A DNA stretch of 47,960 nt. It comes from an uncultured Methanosarcinales archaeon (lineage in GTDB: Archaea > Nanobdellota > Nanobdellia > Woesearchaeales > DATDXC01). Positions 9,301 through 18,282 of the stretch are shown here, in pieces (the first letter of the stretch is position 1; each line of letters begins with the position of its first letter). The notes beneath the pieces are model-generated. The model did not search any database, had not been told where the DNA came from, and was given only the letters and a program-made list of their open reading frames with translations. The position numbers were made by a program, and so were the translations under genes. The stretch lies in NCBI GenBank assembly GCA_964510025.1, contig CAZDZV010000001.1, forward strand, positions 229,399 through 277,358. Direction: 5' to 3'.

Positions 9301-10571
9301 AGATAATAGCAAAAAAAACAGAGAAACTACAAGGTGCAGTAACCATACCTAGCTCAAAGTCGCATACCATCAGAGCTGTAATCTTCGCCTCTTTGGCAAA
9401 AGGCATCTCAAGGATAATAAATCCGCTACAATCAGGGGATACCATATCTGCTGTAGAAGCATGCAGGTCTTTTGGCGCAAAAATTGATACAAGTAAAGAT
9501 ACTGAATGGACAGTTGAAGGATTTGATGGGCAACCAAAAAAACCTGATAATGTAGTGGATTTAGGAAATTCTGGCACCTCACTAAGGATACTAACCGGGG
9601 TAGCTTCATTAGGCGACTTTAAGGTAGAACTCGACGGAGATGATTCCCTGAGGAAAAGGAATATGCAGCCTTTGCTATCAGCATTAAACAGATTAGGATC
9701 TGAGGCTTTATCGGTAAATAATGATGGGTGCCCGCCAGTAGAGATAAAAGGGAGGATTACCGGAGGAAGTGCTGTGCTGGATTGCAAAAGTTCACAATAT
9801 ATCTCAAGTTTACTGATAAGCTGCCCGCTAGCTGAGAAAGACTCCGAGATCGAGCTAGTAAATGTTTGTGAGAAGCCTTATATCGAGATGACCATGAGGT
9901 GGCTTGACGAACTAGGTATTAGATATGAAAACCATAATTTCGAGAGGATGAGGATTTTCGGAAATCAAAGGTATAAGGCATTTGATAAGACTATCCCAAA
10001 TGACTGGAGCTCTGCCACATTTTTGCTTGCAGCCGGAGCTATGCTTGGAGAAGAGCTGCTTATCAAAGGGCTAGATACAGAAGATTCACAAGCCGACAAG
10101 GAAGTCTTGGACTATCTTAGGAAAATGGGGGCGAATATAAAAACTGAAAAAGATGGGATAAGAATAACCAAGTCAGATCTAAAAGGCTGTGAACTGGATT
10201 TGAACAATACTCCGGATGCCTTACCTGCAATGGCTGTACTGGGATGCTATGCAGCGGGAGAGACCATAATAAAAAACGTGGGGCATGCCAGAATAAAGGA
10301 GACCGATAGAATCAAGATTATGGCTGAACAGCTAGGCAATATGGGGGCAGATATAAGAGAGCTGGAGGAAGGACTTATAATCAGAAAGAGCAGACTGAAG
10401 GCAGCAAGACTAAAAGGATACAGCGATCACAGGATTGTAATGGCCCTGAGTCTAGCAGGCCTAATAGCCGACGGCATCACAGAAATAGACAGTGCCGAAG
10501 CTATTAACGTGACCTTCCCTGGCTATACACATTTAATGAAGAGTCTAGGCGCCTTATTAGAAGAAAAATGA
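9297..10571 (+). CDS. aroA: EPSP synthase
   Basis: PSSKSHTIRA, GNSGTSLR, SSQYISSLL, RIKETDRI, DHRIVMA. Confidence 0.96.
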   Translation: MKIIAKKTEKLQGAVTIPSSKSHTIRAVIFASLAKGISRIINPLQSGDTISAVEACRSFGAKIDTSKDTEWTVEGFDGQPKKPDNVVDLGNSGTSLRILTGVASLGDFKVELDGDDSLRKRNMQPLLSALNRLGSEALSVNNDGCPPVEIKGRITGGSAVLDCKSSQYISSLLISCPLAEKDSEIELVNVCEKPYIEMTMRWLDELGIRYENHNFERMRIFGNQRYKAFDKTIPNDWSSATFLLAAGAMLGEELLIKGLDTEDSQADKEVLDYLRKMGANIKTEKDGIRITKSDLKGCELDLNNTPDALPAMAVLGCYAAGETIIKNVGHARIKETDRIKIMAEQLGNMGADIRELEEGLIIRKSRLKAARLKGYSDHRIVMALSLAGLIADGITEIDSAEAINVTFPGYTHLMKSLGALLEEK

Positions 10572-11074
10572 ACATAGTACTAATAGGTTTCAAAGCAGTG
10601 GGGAAAACAACTTATGGGAAGCTACTGGCTGAAAAGCTGGGCAAGGATTTTGTTGACCTTGATGATCTATTAGTTGAGACAAGCGGAGAAAACACCAGCT
10701 GCAGAGAGATTTTTCAAAAAAGAGGAGCAGAATTTTTCAGAAAACTGGAGACAAATGCATTAAAAAAAATAAAATCTGCTGAAGATAAAATAATTGCTGT
10801 AGGAGGGGGCACAATATCAAGCAAAGAGAATGTCCAAATGCTTAAGGCTATAGGAAAGATTGTATATTTGGACGACGACAAAGATAGCATATTTAAGAGA
10901 ATGATGAAACAGGGATTGCCTGCTTTCATTAATGAATCTGCCCCACGGGAATCATTTGAAAAAATTTTTTCGGAAAGAAGGGAAGAATATAAAAAGGCAG
11001 CAGATATTATAATAGACTGCAAGAAAAAAACAAGTGCAGAGATAGTAGATGAGATTGTTGAGAGGTTAGCATGA
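10568..11074 (+). CDS. aroK: Shikimate kinase, bacterial (NMP-kinase fold) type
   Basis: P-loop GFKAVGKTT, DLD, FRKLE, GGG; 168 aa. Confidence 0.92.
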   Translation: MNIVLIGFKAVGKTTYGKLLAEKLGKDFVDLDDLLVETSGENTSCREIFQKRGAEFFRKLETNALKKIKSAEDKIIAVGGGTISSKENVQMLKAIGKIVYLDDDKDSIFKRMMKQGLPAFINESAPRESFEKIFSERREEYKKAADIIIDCKKKTSAEIVDEIVERLA

Positions 11075-12132
11075 GCAGCACAATGGGAAAGCAAATGAAA
11101 ATCATGACTTTTGGAGAGTCTCATGGAGAGGCAGTCGGTGTCGTTATAGATGGCATAAAGCCCGGCCTAAAAATAGACAAGAAAGATATACAGAAAGAGC
11201 TAGACAAGAGAAAGCCCGGCAAAAACATACTTGAATCTCAGCGTAAGGAAAAGGATGAGGTCCATATACTATCGGGTATATTCAACGGAAAGACCACGGG
11301 GCATCCTATCTGCATGGTTGTTTATAACAAAGCCCAGAATCCAAAGGATTATGCGAGGATAAAAGACATTTTTAGGCCAGGTCATGCTGATTATACCTAT
11401 TTCCGAAAGTATGGGATCAGGGATTACAGGGGCGGAGGAAGAGCTTCAGGCAGGGAAACAATAGGCCGGGTTGCAGCGGGAGCTGTTGCGAAAAAGATTC
11501 TAGCAAAAAAGAACATAAAGATAGTAGCCTATACAGTCCAGATAGCAGATATCAAGGCAAAGAATTTTGAGCTGAAGCAGATCAGCAGGAACAAAGTAGG
11601 ATGTCCTGATAAGATGGCAGCACATCTTATGGAAAAGAGGATTTTGGAAGCAAAGAAGGAAGGAGACTCTGTCGGGGGGATAATCGAGGTATACATAAAG
11701 AACTGCCCCATTGGTCTTGGGGATCCGGTTTTTGATAGGCTGGATGCAAATATCGCAAAAGCTGTCATGTCAATAGGCGCAGTCAAAGGAATCGAATTTG
11801 GAGCAGGATTTAAGGCAGCTATGCTTAAGGGATCTGAGAATAATGATGAGTTTTTTCTTAAAGCAGGAAAAATAAAGACCAAGACAAATAATGCTGGGGG
11901 GATTTTAGGGGGAATCTCGAACGGAGAGGATATTGTCTTTAGGATAGCTGTGAAGCCGACTGCGTCTATCTCCAAAGAACAGGAAACAGTGGATGTTAAT
12001 AAAAAGATGAAAAAAATAAGGATAAAAGGCAGGCATGATCCATGCATCTGTCAGAGAGTTATCCCGGTAGTTGAATCCATGACCAGCATTGTAATTGCTG
12101 ATGCTATATTGGAGCAGGAAACGATAAGATGA
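11071..12132 (+). CDS. aroC: Chorismate synthase
   Basis: GESHG, RPGHAD, GGGRASGRET, KPTASI, GRHDPC. Confidence 0.97.
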   Translation: MSSTMGKQMKIMTFGESHGEAVGVVIDGIKPGLKIDKKDIQKELDKRKPGKNILESQRKEKDEVHILSGIFNGKTTGHPICMVVYNKAQNPKDYARIKDIFRPGHADYTYFRKYGIRDYRGGGRASGRETIGRVAAGAVAKKILAKKNIKIVAYTVQIADIKAKNFELKQISRNKVGCPDKMAAHLMEKRILEAKKEGDSVGGIIEVYIKNCPIGLGDPVFDRLDANIAKAVMSIGAVKGIEFGAGFKAAMLKGSENNDEFFLKAGKIKTKTNNAGGILGGISNGEDIVFRIAVKPTASISKEQETVDVNKKMKKIRIKGRHDPCICQRVIPVVESMTSIVIADAILEQETIR

Positions 12133-12971
12133 AAAAGAACCTGATAGGGATTATTGGGGGAACCGGTCAGATGGGCCAGTGGTTCAAGAATTTTTTTGAG
12201 AAAGAAGGATATGAAGTTATGGTCGCAGGCAGACAAACCAGTTTGAGTCATGAGGAATGCGCCTCCAGGGCAGATGTGGTCATCATATCGGTGCCCATTA
12301 ATGCAACCCAAGATGTTATCAAAAAGGTGGGGCCCTATGTAAAAAAAGGAGGTCTTTTGATGGATATCACCTCAATTAAAGAAGAACCTGTCAAGGCAAT
12401 GAAGAAATATTCCAAGTCAGAAGTAATCGGCACACATCCTGTGTTCGGGCCGAATATAGCTTCGATTGAGGACCAGACTGTGGTTCTTTGTCCGGCAAGA
12501 GGCAAGAAATGGCTTGAATGGCTGAAAAAAATCCTGGAGAAACACGGCGCAAAAATCAAGGTCACCTCGCCCAAACATCATGATGAGATGATGGGGGTCA
12601 TACAAGGGGTGATCCACTTCAGCTCCATAACAATAAGCCATACACTTAAGGAACTTGGCATAGGGGTAAAAGAAAGCCAGGAATTCAGCAGCCCGATCTA
12701 TAAGCTAAGGCTGGATATGGTGGGAAGAATACTAAATCAGAATCCGGACCTTTACGCCGATATAGAGATACTGAATAAAAACTCAAAAAAAGCTATCAAA
12801 ACCTACCTGAAGACCCAAAAGAAACTTCTAAAAATTATCCAGCAAAAAGATACAGAAGGCTTTATAAATTATTTTAATGAAGCCGCAGAGTATTTGGGGG
12901 ACTTTAGAAAAGAAGCTGAGGAGTACAGCAATTACGTCATAGAAAAAATTATCGAGAGGAGTAGCTCATGA
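12129..12971 (+). CDS. tyrA: Prephenate dehydrogenase
   Basis: GGTGQMG Rossmann motif, DITSIK, HPVFGP, HDEMMGVIQG. Confidence 0.92.
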   Translation: MKKNLIGIIGGTGQMGQWFKNFFEKEGYEVMVAGRQTSLSHEECASRADVVIISVPINATQDVIKKVGPYVKKGGLLMDITSIKEEPVKAMKKYSKSEVIGTHPVFGPNIASIEDQTVVLCPARGKKWLEWLKKILEKHGAKIKVTSPKHHDEMMGVIQGVIHFSSITISHTLKELGIGVKESQEFSSPIYKLRLDMVGRILNQNPDLYADIEILNKNSKKAIKTYLKTQKKLLKIIQQKDTEGFINYFNEAAEYLGDFRKEAEEYSNYVIEKIIERSSS

Positions 12972-13771
12972 AGACCGCAACCCTTGGTCCAGAAGGTACC
13001 TTCAGCCATGAGGCTGCCCTTCAGAGATCTAAAAATATCGAGTTCAAAAACACCATATGGGATGTTTTTGAAGCTGTAGATAAGGATGAAGTAGAAGAAG
13101 GGATCGTACCTGTTGAGAATTCTGTTTCTGGAAGCCTTGGCCTGACTTTGGATGCCCTGATGGAATTTGATCTGAAAATAACAGGGGAGATAATACTGCC
13201 CGTAAGACACTTTCTCGTCGGGCATGATGGTATGAAAGATATCAAGACTTTATATGTGCATCCTGCAACATATGAGCAGTGCGAGAAATTCATCCGGAAA
13301 AACCTGCCCCAGGTTGATATAATAAGAACCAACTCAAATGCTGCTTCGGCCAAGATAATTATGGAAAAAAACGATAAAGCAGCTGCCGCCATAGTGCCAA
13401 ACAAGTCGATAGGGCTTTACAAACTGAAAGTAATAAGAAAACAGATCCAGGATAATAAGTTTAATGTAACCAGATTCTTCGCAATCGGCAAGCAAATCCC
13501 CAAGGCAACCGGAAGGGACAGAACCTCAATCGCAATTTATCCCCAAACCGATAAACCTGGATTGTTGTATTCTTTACTGGGGGAATTTGCATCAAGAAAT
13601 ATCAATCTTACCAAAATAGAATCAAGGCCTTCCAAGGGCAAATTAGGGGACTATATTTTTTACATAGACCTTCAAGGCCATAAAGAGCAAAAGAGCATAA
13701 AGGATGCTTTCAAGGAAATCGAAAAGAATTTTTTCCTCAAGATATTAGGAAGCTATCCTAAAGAGTACTAA
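12968..13771 (+). CDS. pheA: Prephenate dehydratase with ACT domain (no chorismate mutase domain)
   Basis: LGPEGTFSH, PVENS, NVTRF, NLTKIESRP, LGSYP. Confidence 0.95.
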   Translation: MKTATLGPEGTFSHEAALQRSKNIEFKNTIWDVFEAVDKDEVEEGIVPVENSVSGSLGLTLDALMEFDLKITGEIILPVRHFLVGHDGMKDIKTLYVHPATYEQCEKFIRKNLPQVDIIRTNSNAASAKIIMEKNDKAAAAIVPNKSIGLYKLKVIRKQIQDNKFNVTRFFAIGKQIPKATGRDRTSIAIYPQTDKPGLLYSLLGEFASRNINLTKIESRPSKGKLGDYIFYIDLQGHKEQKSIKDAFKEIEKNFFLKILGSYPKEY

Positions 13772-13772
13772 A

Positions 13773-15281
13773 ATGAATATCGTGGAAAAGCTACATCCTC
13801 TGGAAAGAAAAATACTTCCTTTGGTAGATAGCAATAATTTTCTTGATCTTGTTAAGCAATCTAACCTAAAAGATGTTGAGGTAATGAGGGCAGTTCAGTG
13901 GCTGGAAAATAAGAACCTGATTAAAATAGATAAGAAAATCTCAAAAGTGATTGACTTGGCACCAAACGGCAAGAATTATGCTCGTTCAGGACTTCCAGAA
14001 AGAAGGTTCCTGGAAGCCTTAAAAGGAAAGATGCCTGTAGCAGAAGTCGCCCAGAAGGCTAAACTAAGCAAAGATGAGATAAATGTATGCCTGGGTGTCC
14101 TGCGAAAAAAGGCAGCGATAGCCATAGGCAGGGACAAGCATTTGATTGTCAAGGCGCTTCCAAATGCTGAAAATCTGTTGACAAGCGGATTTTTGGAAGA
14201 AAAACTGCTAAAGAAGAATTTTCCTTTACGTATTGACGAGCTTAAGGATGAAGAGAAATTCGCATTGGAGAATTTGAAAAAGAGAAAGGATATAATAAGA
14301 ATCGAAGAAAAGACAACAATAGAAACAGAACTTACAGAACTAGGAAAACAAGCACTAAGGACAGGCCTGGAGCAAGATGATATTATAGACCGGGTGACCA
14401 AGAAAATTCTTGAAGAGTCGTCTTGGAAGAAAAAAAAATTCAGAGGCTATGACATAAAGATAAATGTTCCTGAGATTTTTGGAGCCAAGAAACAGCACTA
14501 CAGAAGATTTCTAGATGAGGTCAGAGCTAAATTCATGTCGCTGGGATTTAAGGAGATGTTTGGCCCTATTGTCGAAACCGACTTTTGGGATATGGATGCG
14601 CTTTTTATGCCACAATTTCATTCTGCTAGAGATATTCATTCAGCATATTATGTGAAGGAACCTAGGTACGGAGATATAGATAAGGATCTTATTAGTAAAG
14701 TAAAGAAATCACACGAAAAAGGCTATAATACTGGGAGCCGAGGCTGGAACTATGCCTTCGATACAAAAAAGACAAAAAGGCACCTATTAAGGACACAGGG
14801 AACAGCTCTTTCTGCAAGGATGCTTGCTTCCAAAAACCTCAGGATACCGGGGAAATATTTTGCTATAGCCAGATGTTTTCGACCAGATGTAGTGGATGCC
14901 ACCCACTCTGTAGATTTCAATCAGGTAGAGGGGATTGTAATCGAAGAAGGACTTGATTTCAGGCACCTTAAGGGCCTGCTGAGGCTTTTTGCTAGAGAGT
15001 TTGCTGAAACTGAGAAAATAAAAATAACTCCTGCTTATTTTCCTTTTACCGAGCCGTCTGCTGAACTTCATGCAAAGCATCCTGACCTGGGATGGGTGGA
15101 ACTAGGAGGATCAGGGATATTTAGGCCGGAAGTGGTGAAACCTTTGCTTGGAAAGGAAATTCCAGTACTGGCATGGGGCATCGGTATAGACAGAATTGCA
15201 ATGTTCAAGCTAGGTATTGGTGATATCAGGCAGCTGTTCAGCCATGATCTAAAAATGTTAAGGCAGACAAGGGTAATATAG
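13773..15281 (+). CDS. pheS: Phenylalanyl-tRNA synthetase alpha subunit (archaeal long form)
   Basis: FWDMDALFMPQFHSARD, DATHSVDFNQVEG, YFPFTEPS, AWGIGIDR. Confidence 0.96.
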   Translation: MNIVEKLHPLERKILPLVDSNNFLDLVKQSNLKDVEVMRAVQWLENKNLIKIDKKISKVIDLAPNGKNYARSGLPERRFLEALKGKMPVAEVAQKAKLSKDEINVCLGVLRKKAAIAIGRDKHLIVKALPNAENLLTSGFLEEKLLKKNFPLRIDELKDEEKFALENLKKRKDIIRIEEKTTIETELTELGKQALRTGLEQDDIIDRVTKKILEESSWKKKKFRGYDIKINVPEIFGAKKQHYRRFLDEVRAKFMSLGFKEMFGPIVETDFWDMDALFMPQFHSARDIHSAYYVKEPRYGDIDKDLISKVKKSHEKGYNTGSRGWNYAFDTKKTKRHLLRTQGTALSARMLASKNLRIPGKYFAIARCFRPDVVDATHSVDFNQVEGIVIEEGLDFRHLKGLLRLFAREFAETEKIKITPAYFPFTEPSAELHAKHPDLGWVELGGSGIFRPEVVKPLLGKEIPVLAWGIGIDRIAMFKLGIGDIRQLFSHDLKMLRQTRVI

Positions 15282-16934
15282 ATGCCAACTGTTACTTTTT
15301 CAGTTAAGGACCTGGAGTCATTAGTAGGAATGAAACTGGCGATAGAAGATATTCAGAAGTATGCTCATCTGGGAAAAGGAGATGTAGATGCATATGATAA
15401 GGATACAGATGAAGTAAAGATTGATTTTGGAGATACGAACCTGCCTTATCTTTGGTCTGCAGAGGGCTTTGCTAGGCTTATCAAGCTCAGTGCAGGAATA
15501 AACAAAGGCATCCCCAAGTTATTGGTAAAGAAAGGAAGTTACAGGGTAAATGTGGACAAATCGGTTGGAAATATCAGGCCATATATAGCTGCTTTTGTGG
15601 CAAAAGGCCATAAGATAGATGATAATCTGATTAAACAAATAATACAACTTCAGGAAAAACTCTGCGAGAATTATGGGATGAAAAGGCAGAAGGTTGCAAT
15701 AGGGATATACCGACATGACAAGATTAGCTTCCCTATACATTACAAAGCCACTGATCCCGAATCTGTTGAGTTTATTCCACTAGACTACCGGAAACCGATG
15801 ACGCAACAGGAAATCTTGGAAGACCATCCCAAAGGAAGGGAATACGCCTGGATCCTAAAGGGCAACAAGAAGTATCCCCTATTAGTGGATGACAAAGACC
15901 AGGTTTTAAGTTTCCCCCCTATAATAAATTCAGAGGCTACCGGAAAGATTGAAGAAGGCGATGAAAACCTATTCTTTGAAGCAACCGGAACAGACCTTAA
16001 TTCTGTATTGTTAGCAACAAATATATTCGCACAGGCGCTTTACGAGCGGGGATTTAAGATATATTCTGCAGAGATTAGATACAATAAGAACAAAATAACA
16101 ACACCCAAGCTTTTTTATGATAAGATTCAACTAAGTACAGATTTAGCAAAGAAGCTAACTGGATTAGACCTAAAAAGAAGCGAACTAAAAAGCCTGATAC
16201 TTAAAGCAGGGTACGATATATCTGGAGACAAGATTATGGTAGCCCCGTACAGAGCAGATATCCTGCATCCGGCTGATCTTATCGAGGATATTGCAATTGC
16301 ATATGGCTACGATAATATCGATGAGCAGCCACTGCAAAGCCACACTATAGGTTCAACTTCAGAGCTTATCAGCTTCATTGATAAAATCAGGGAAATTGCC
16401 ATAGGATTAGGATATCAGGAGATATTCAGTCCGATACTCAGCAACAAGCCCACCCTTTATGACAGAATGAACATAAAAGACTTTGGCACCATAGAGATTG
16501 ATAATTTCATGTCAGAAAAATACTCGGCAGTAAGGTCCTGGTTAGTCCCCATCTTGCTGGAATTCCTCTCAGTGAACAAACATGCGGAATATCCGCAGAA
16601 TATCTTTGAAGAAGGGCTTGTCTGCAGCAGAAAGGCTGACGACATAATGGAGCACCACAGGATTGCCCTGATCAGATGCAGTGAGAAAGCTGATTTTACA
16701 GAAATAAAGCAAGCTCTGGATTACCTATTCAGGATGCTAAATGTTGAATATAAGATAGAAGAGACTATACATGGGTCATTTATCCAGGGCAGAACGGGAA
16801 GGGTCGTTGTCGATGGCAAGAAAGTTGCATACATAGGGGAGATTCACCCAAAGGTTCTAGAGAGGTTTGGCATAAATATGCCTACTGCTGCATTCGAACT
16901 GAACATTTCAGAACTATATGAGGCTATTTCTTAG
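15282..16934 (+). CDS. pheT: Phenylalanyl-tRNA synthetase beta subunit (archaeal type)
   Basis: MPTVT N-terminus, LSFPPIINS, YRADILHPADLIEDIAIAYGY, GEIHPKVL. Confidence 0.96.
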   Translation: MPTVTFSVKDLESLVGMKLAIEDIQKYAHLGKGDVDAYDKDTDEVKIDFGDTNLPYLWSAEGFARLIKLSAGINKGIPKLLVKKGSYRVNVDKSVGNIRPYIAAFVAKGHKIDDNLIKQIIQLQEKLCENYGMKRQKVAIGIYRHDKISFPIHYKATDPESVEFIPLDYRKPMTQQEILEDHPKGREYAWILKGNKKYPLLVDDKDQVLSFPPIINSEATGKIEEGDENLFFEATGTDLNSVLLATNIFAQALYERGFKIYSAEIRYNKNKITTPKLFYDKIQLSTDLAKKLTGLDLKRSELKSLILKAGYDISGDKIMVAPYRADILHPADLIEDIAIAYGYDNIDEQPLQSHTIGSTSELISFIDKIREIAIGLGYQEIFSPILSNKPTLYDRMNIKDFGTIEIDNFMSEKYSAVRSWLVPILLEFLSVNKHAEYPQNIFEEGLVCSRKADDIMEHHRIALIRCSEKADFTEIKQALDYLFRMLNVEYKIEETIHGSFIQGRTGRVVVDGKKVAYIGEIHPKVLERFGINMPTAAFELNISELYEAIS

Positions 16935-17238
16935 TTTTCTTTTGAGTTTCAGATTGCTTTTTATTTGTTTTCTTCGGCTTTTCCTTTTTAACCTTTACCT
17001 TACTCTCTCTTGCTTTCAATCCCAGCTTCTGAAACTCCTTTTTTATTTCGTCATGGGACGCTTTTTTCTTAATCTTTATAGCCTTATCTAATGGTTCCAA
17101 ATGAGAAATATTGCATTTCCTTCTTCGAGTTTCACCGTCTATAAGAACATATTTATCATCCAAGGTATCAATAATAACGCATTTACATCCTGCGTCCCTA
17201 CCTGCAATCTTCACGCATAGCTGTCCAATCTCAAACAT
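16924..17238 (-). CDS. rpl14e: 50S ribosomal protein L14e
   Basis: EIGQLCVKIAGRDAG...RRKCNISHLEP. Start at MFEIG (17238). Confidence 0.93.
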   Translation of the reverse strand: MFEIGQLCVKIAGRDAGCKCVIIDTLDDKYVLIDGETRRRKCNISHLEPLDKAIKIKKKASHDEIKKEFQKLGLKARESKVKVKKEKPKKTNKKQSETQKKTKK

Positions 17239-17491
17239 TTTCTCTTGCCTCACTAATTATTTTTTTCCTCATACAGGCTGAACAGAGATGAGGGTATGGT
17301 CTTTCCGGCCTTTTTTTTGTTTTTGCTATTTTTTTCAATTTATAAGGCAATTCCCTTATAGTGCCAGAGATAGTCTTTCCACATGTGCTGCATTGACCCT
17401 GCTTGGGTCTTTTTTTCTTATAGTGAACAGCTGTCTGGTTGCCAGGCAGCTTCACATAGACTTTTCTTAAATTTCTTGATTTTTTTATCAT
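17231..17491 (-). CDS. rpl34e: 50S ribosomal protein L34e
   Basis: KLPG, CSTC, KRPERPYPHLCSAC zinc motif. Confidence 0.92.
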   Translation of the reverse strand: MIKKSRNLRKVYVKLPGNQTAVHYKKKRPKQGQCSTCGKTISGTIRELPYKLKKIAKTKKRPERPYPHLCSACMRKKIISEARENV

Positions 17492-17493
17492 TT

Positions 17494-18282
17494 TCAATAA
17501 ACCTTCAAAAGTTTCCTTATTATCATACTTGTTATTATGGAGATTATTATGTATGTTCCAAGCCAGCCGCCCCTGTATCCTAGCAAATTAAAATTCTCGC
17601 CAAAGTGCAGAACCTTCTTCGGCTCATGCTCTACCTTAACAGTGTTTAGCGGACTCTCCCTGTAGTTCTCTACAGGCTCGTAATAATCTTGTTCACGTGT
17701 TATTAATAAATTTTTGTATTCTACCCTATCCCCTATCAAGATTTTTATGGCATCCTCTCCGTTGTAGTCTCCTGCTTCTCCCTTAAGGACCCAGGTAGCC
17801 TTATTATCTGTTATTTCCTTGTTCTTATTGCCCAAAACGGTAATTCCATCCGGGACCTCTATATTGACCTCACCAAAGGCGCCTCTGCTAAATGCTGCCT
17901 CGACACTAAATTCTGTATTCGGTAATATTGGCTCATAAGCAAGATTTGCATACATCCATGGAAATATGAGCATTATGGGTATGAATGTGATCAAAGTAGA
18001 TTTAAGTGTCTTGGTCATATACTTGGAATTGGTCTGCATCATCTTCCGGTTTACTTCCATCATCCTTTCTGGATTGTTCTTAAGCTCTTTCATCTCTTTC
18101 TGCAGTTCCTTCATCTCGTTCTTCAGCTGTTTCATCAAATTTTGATCAGTAGAAAACTTGTATATCAGGGTAATGAGAAGAGACATAAATGTAGCTAGAA
18201 ACGCCACAACCAAAAAAGGATTCAAATTCAGGAGAGGCGATAGTACAGGATCGACAAAATCAATAAAAATGCTGCCAATCAT
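17494..18282 (-). CDS. DUF106 / EMC3-TMCO1 (Oxa1-superfamily) membrane protein
   Basis: TM helix, coiled coil (TDQNLMKQLKNEMKELQKEMKE), ITFIPIMLIFPW, C-terminal GWLGTYII...RKLL. Conserved position downstream of secY. Confidence 0.85.
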   Translation of the reverse strand: MIGSIFIDFVDPVLSPLLNLNPFLVVAFLATFMSLLITLIYKFSTDQNLMKQLKNEMKELQKEMKELKNNPERMMEVNRKMMQTNSKYMTKTLKSTLITFIPIMLIFPWMYANLAYEPILPNTEFSVEAAFSRGAFGEVNIEVPDGITVLGNKNKEITDNKATWVLKGEAGDYNGEDAIKILIGDRVEYKNLLITREQDYYEPVENYRESPLNTVKVEHEPKKVLHFGENFNLLGYRGGWLGTYIIISIITSMIIRKLLKVY

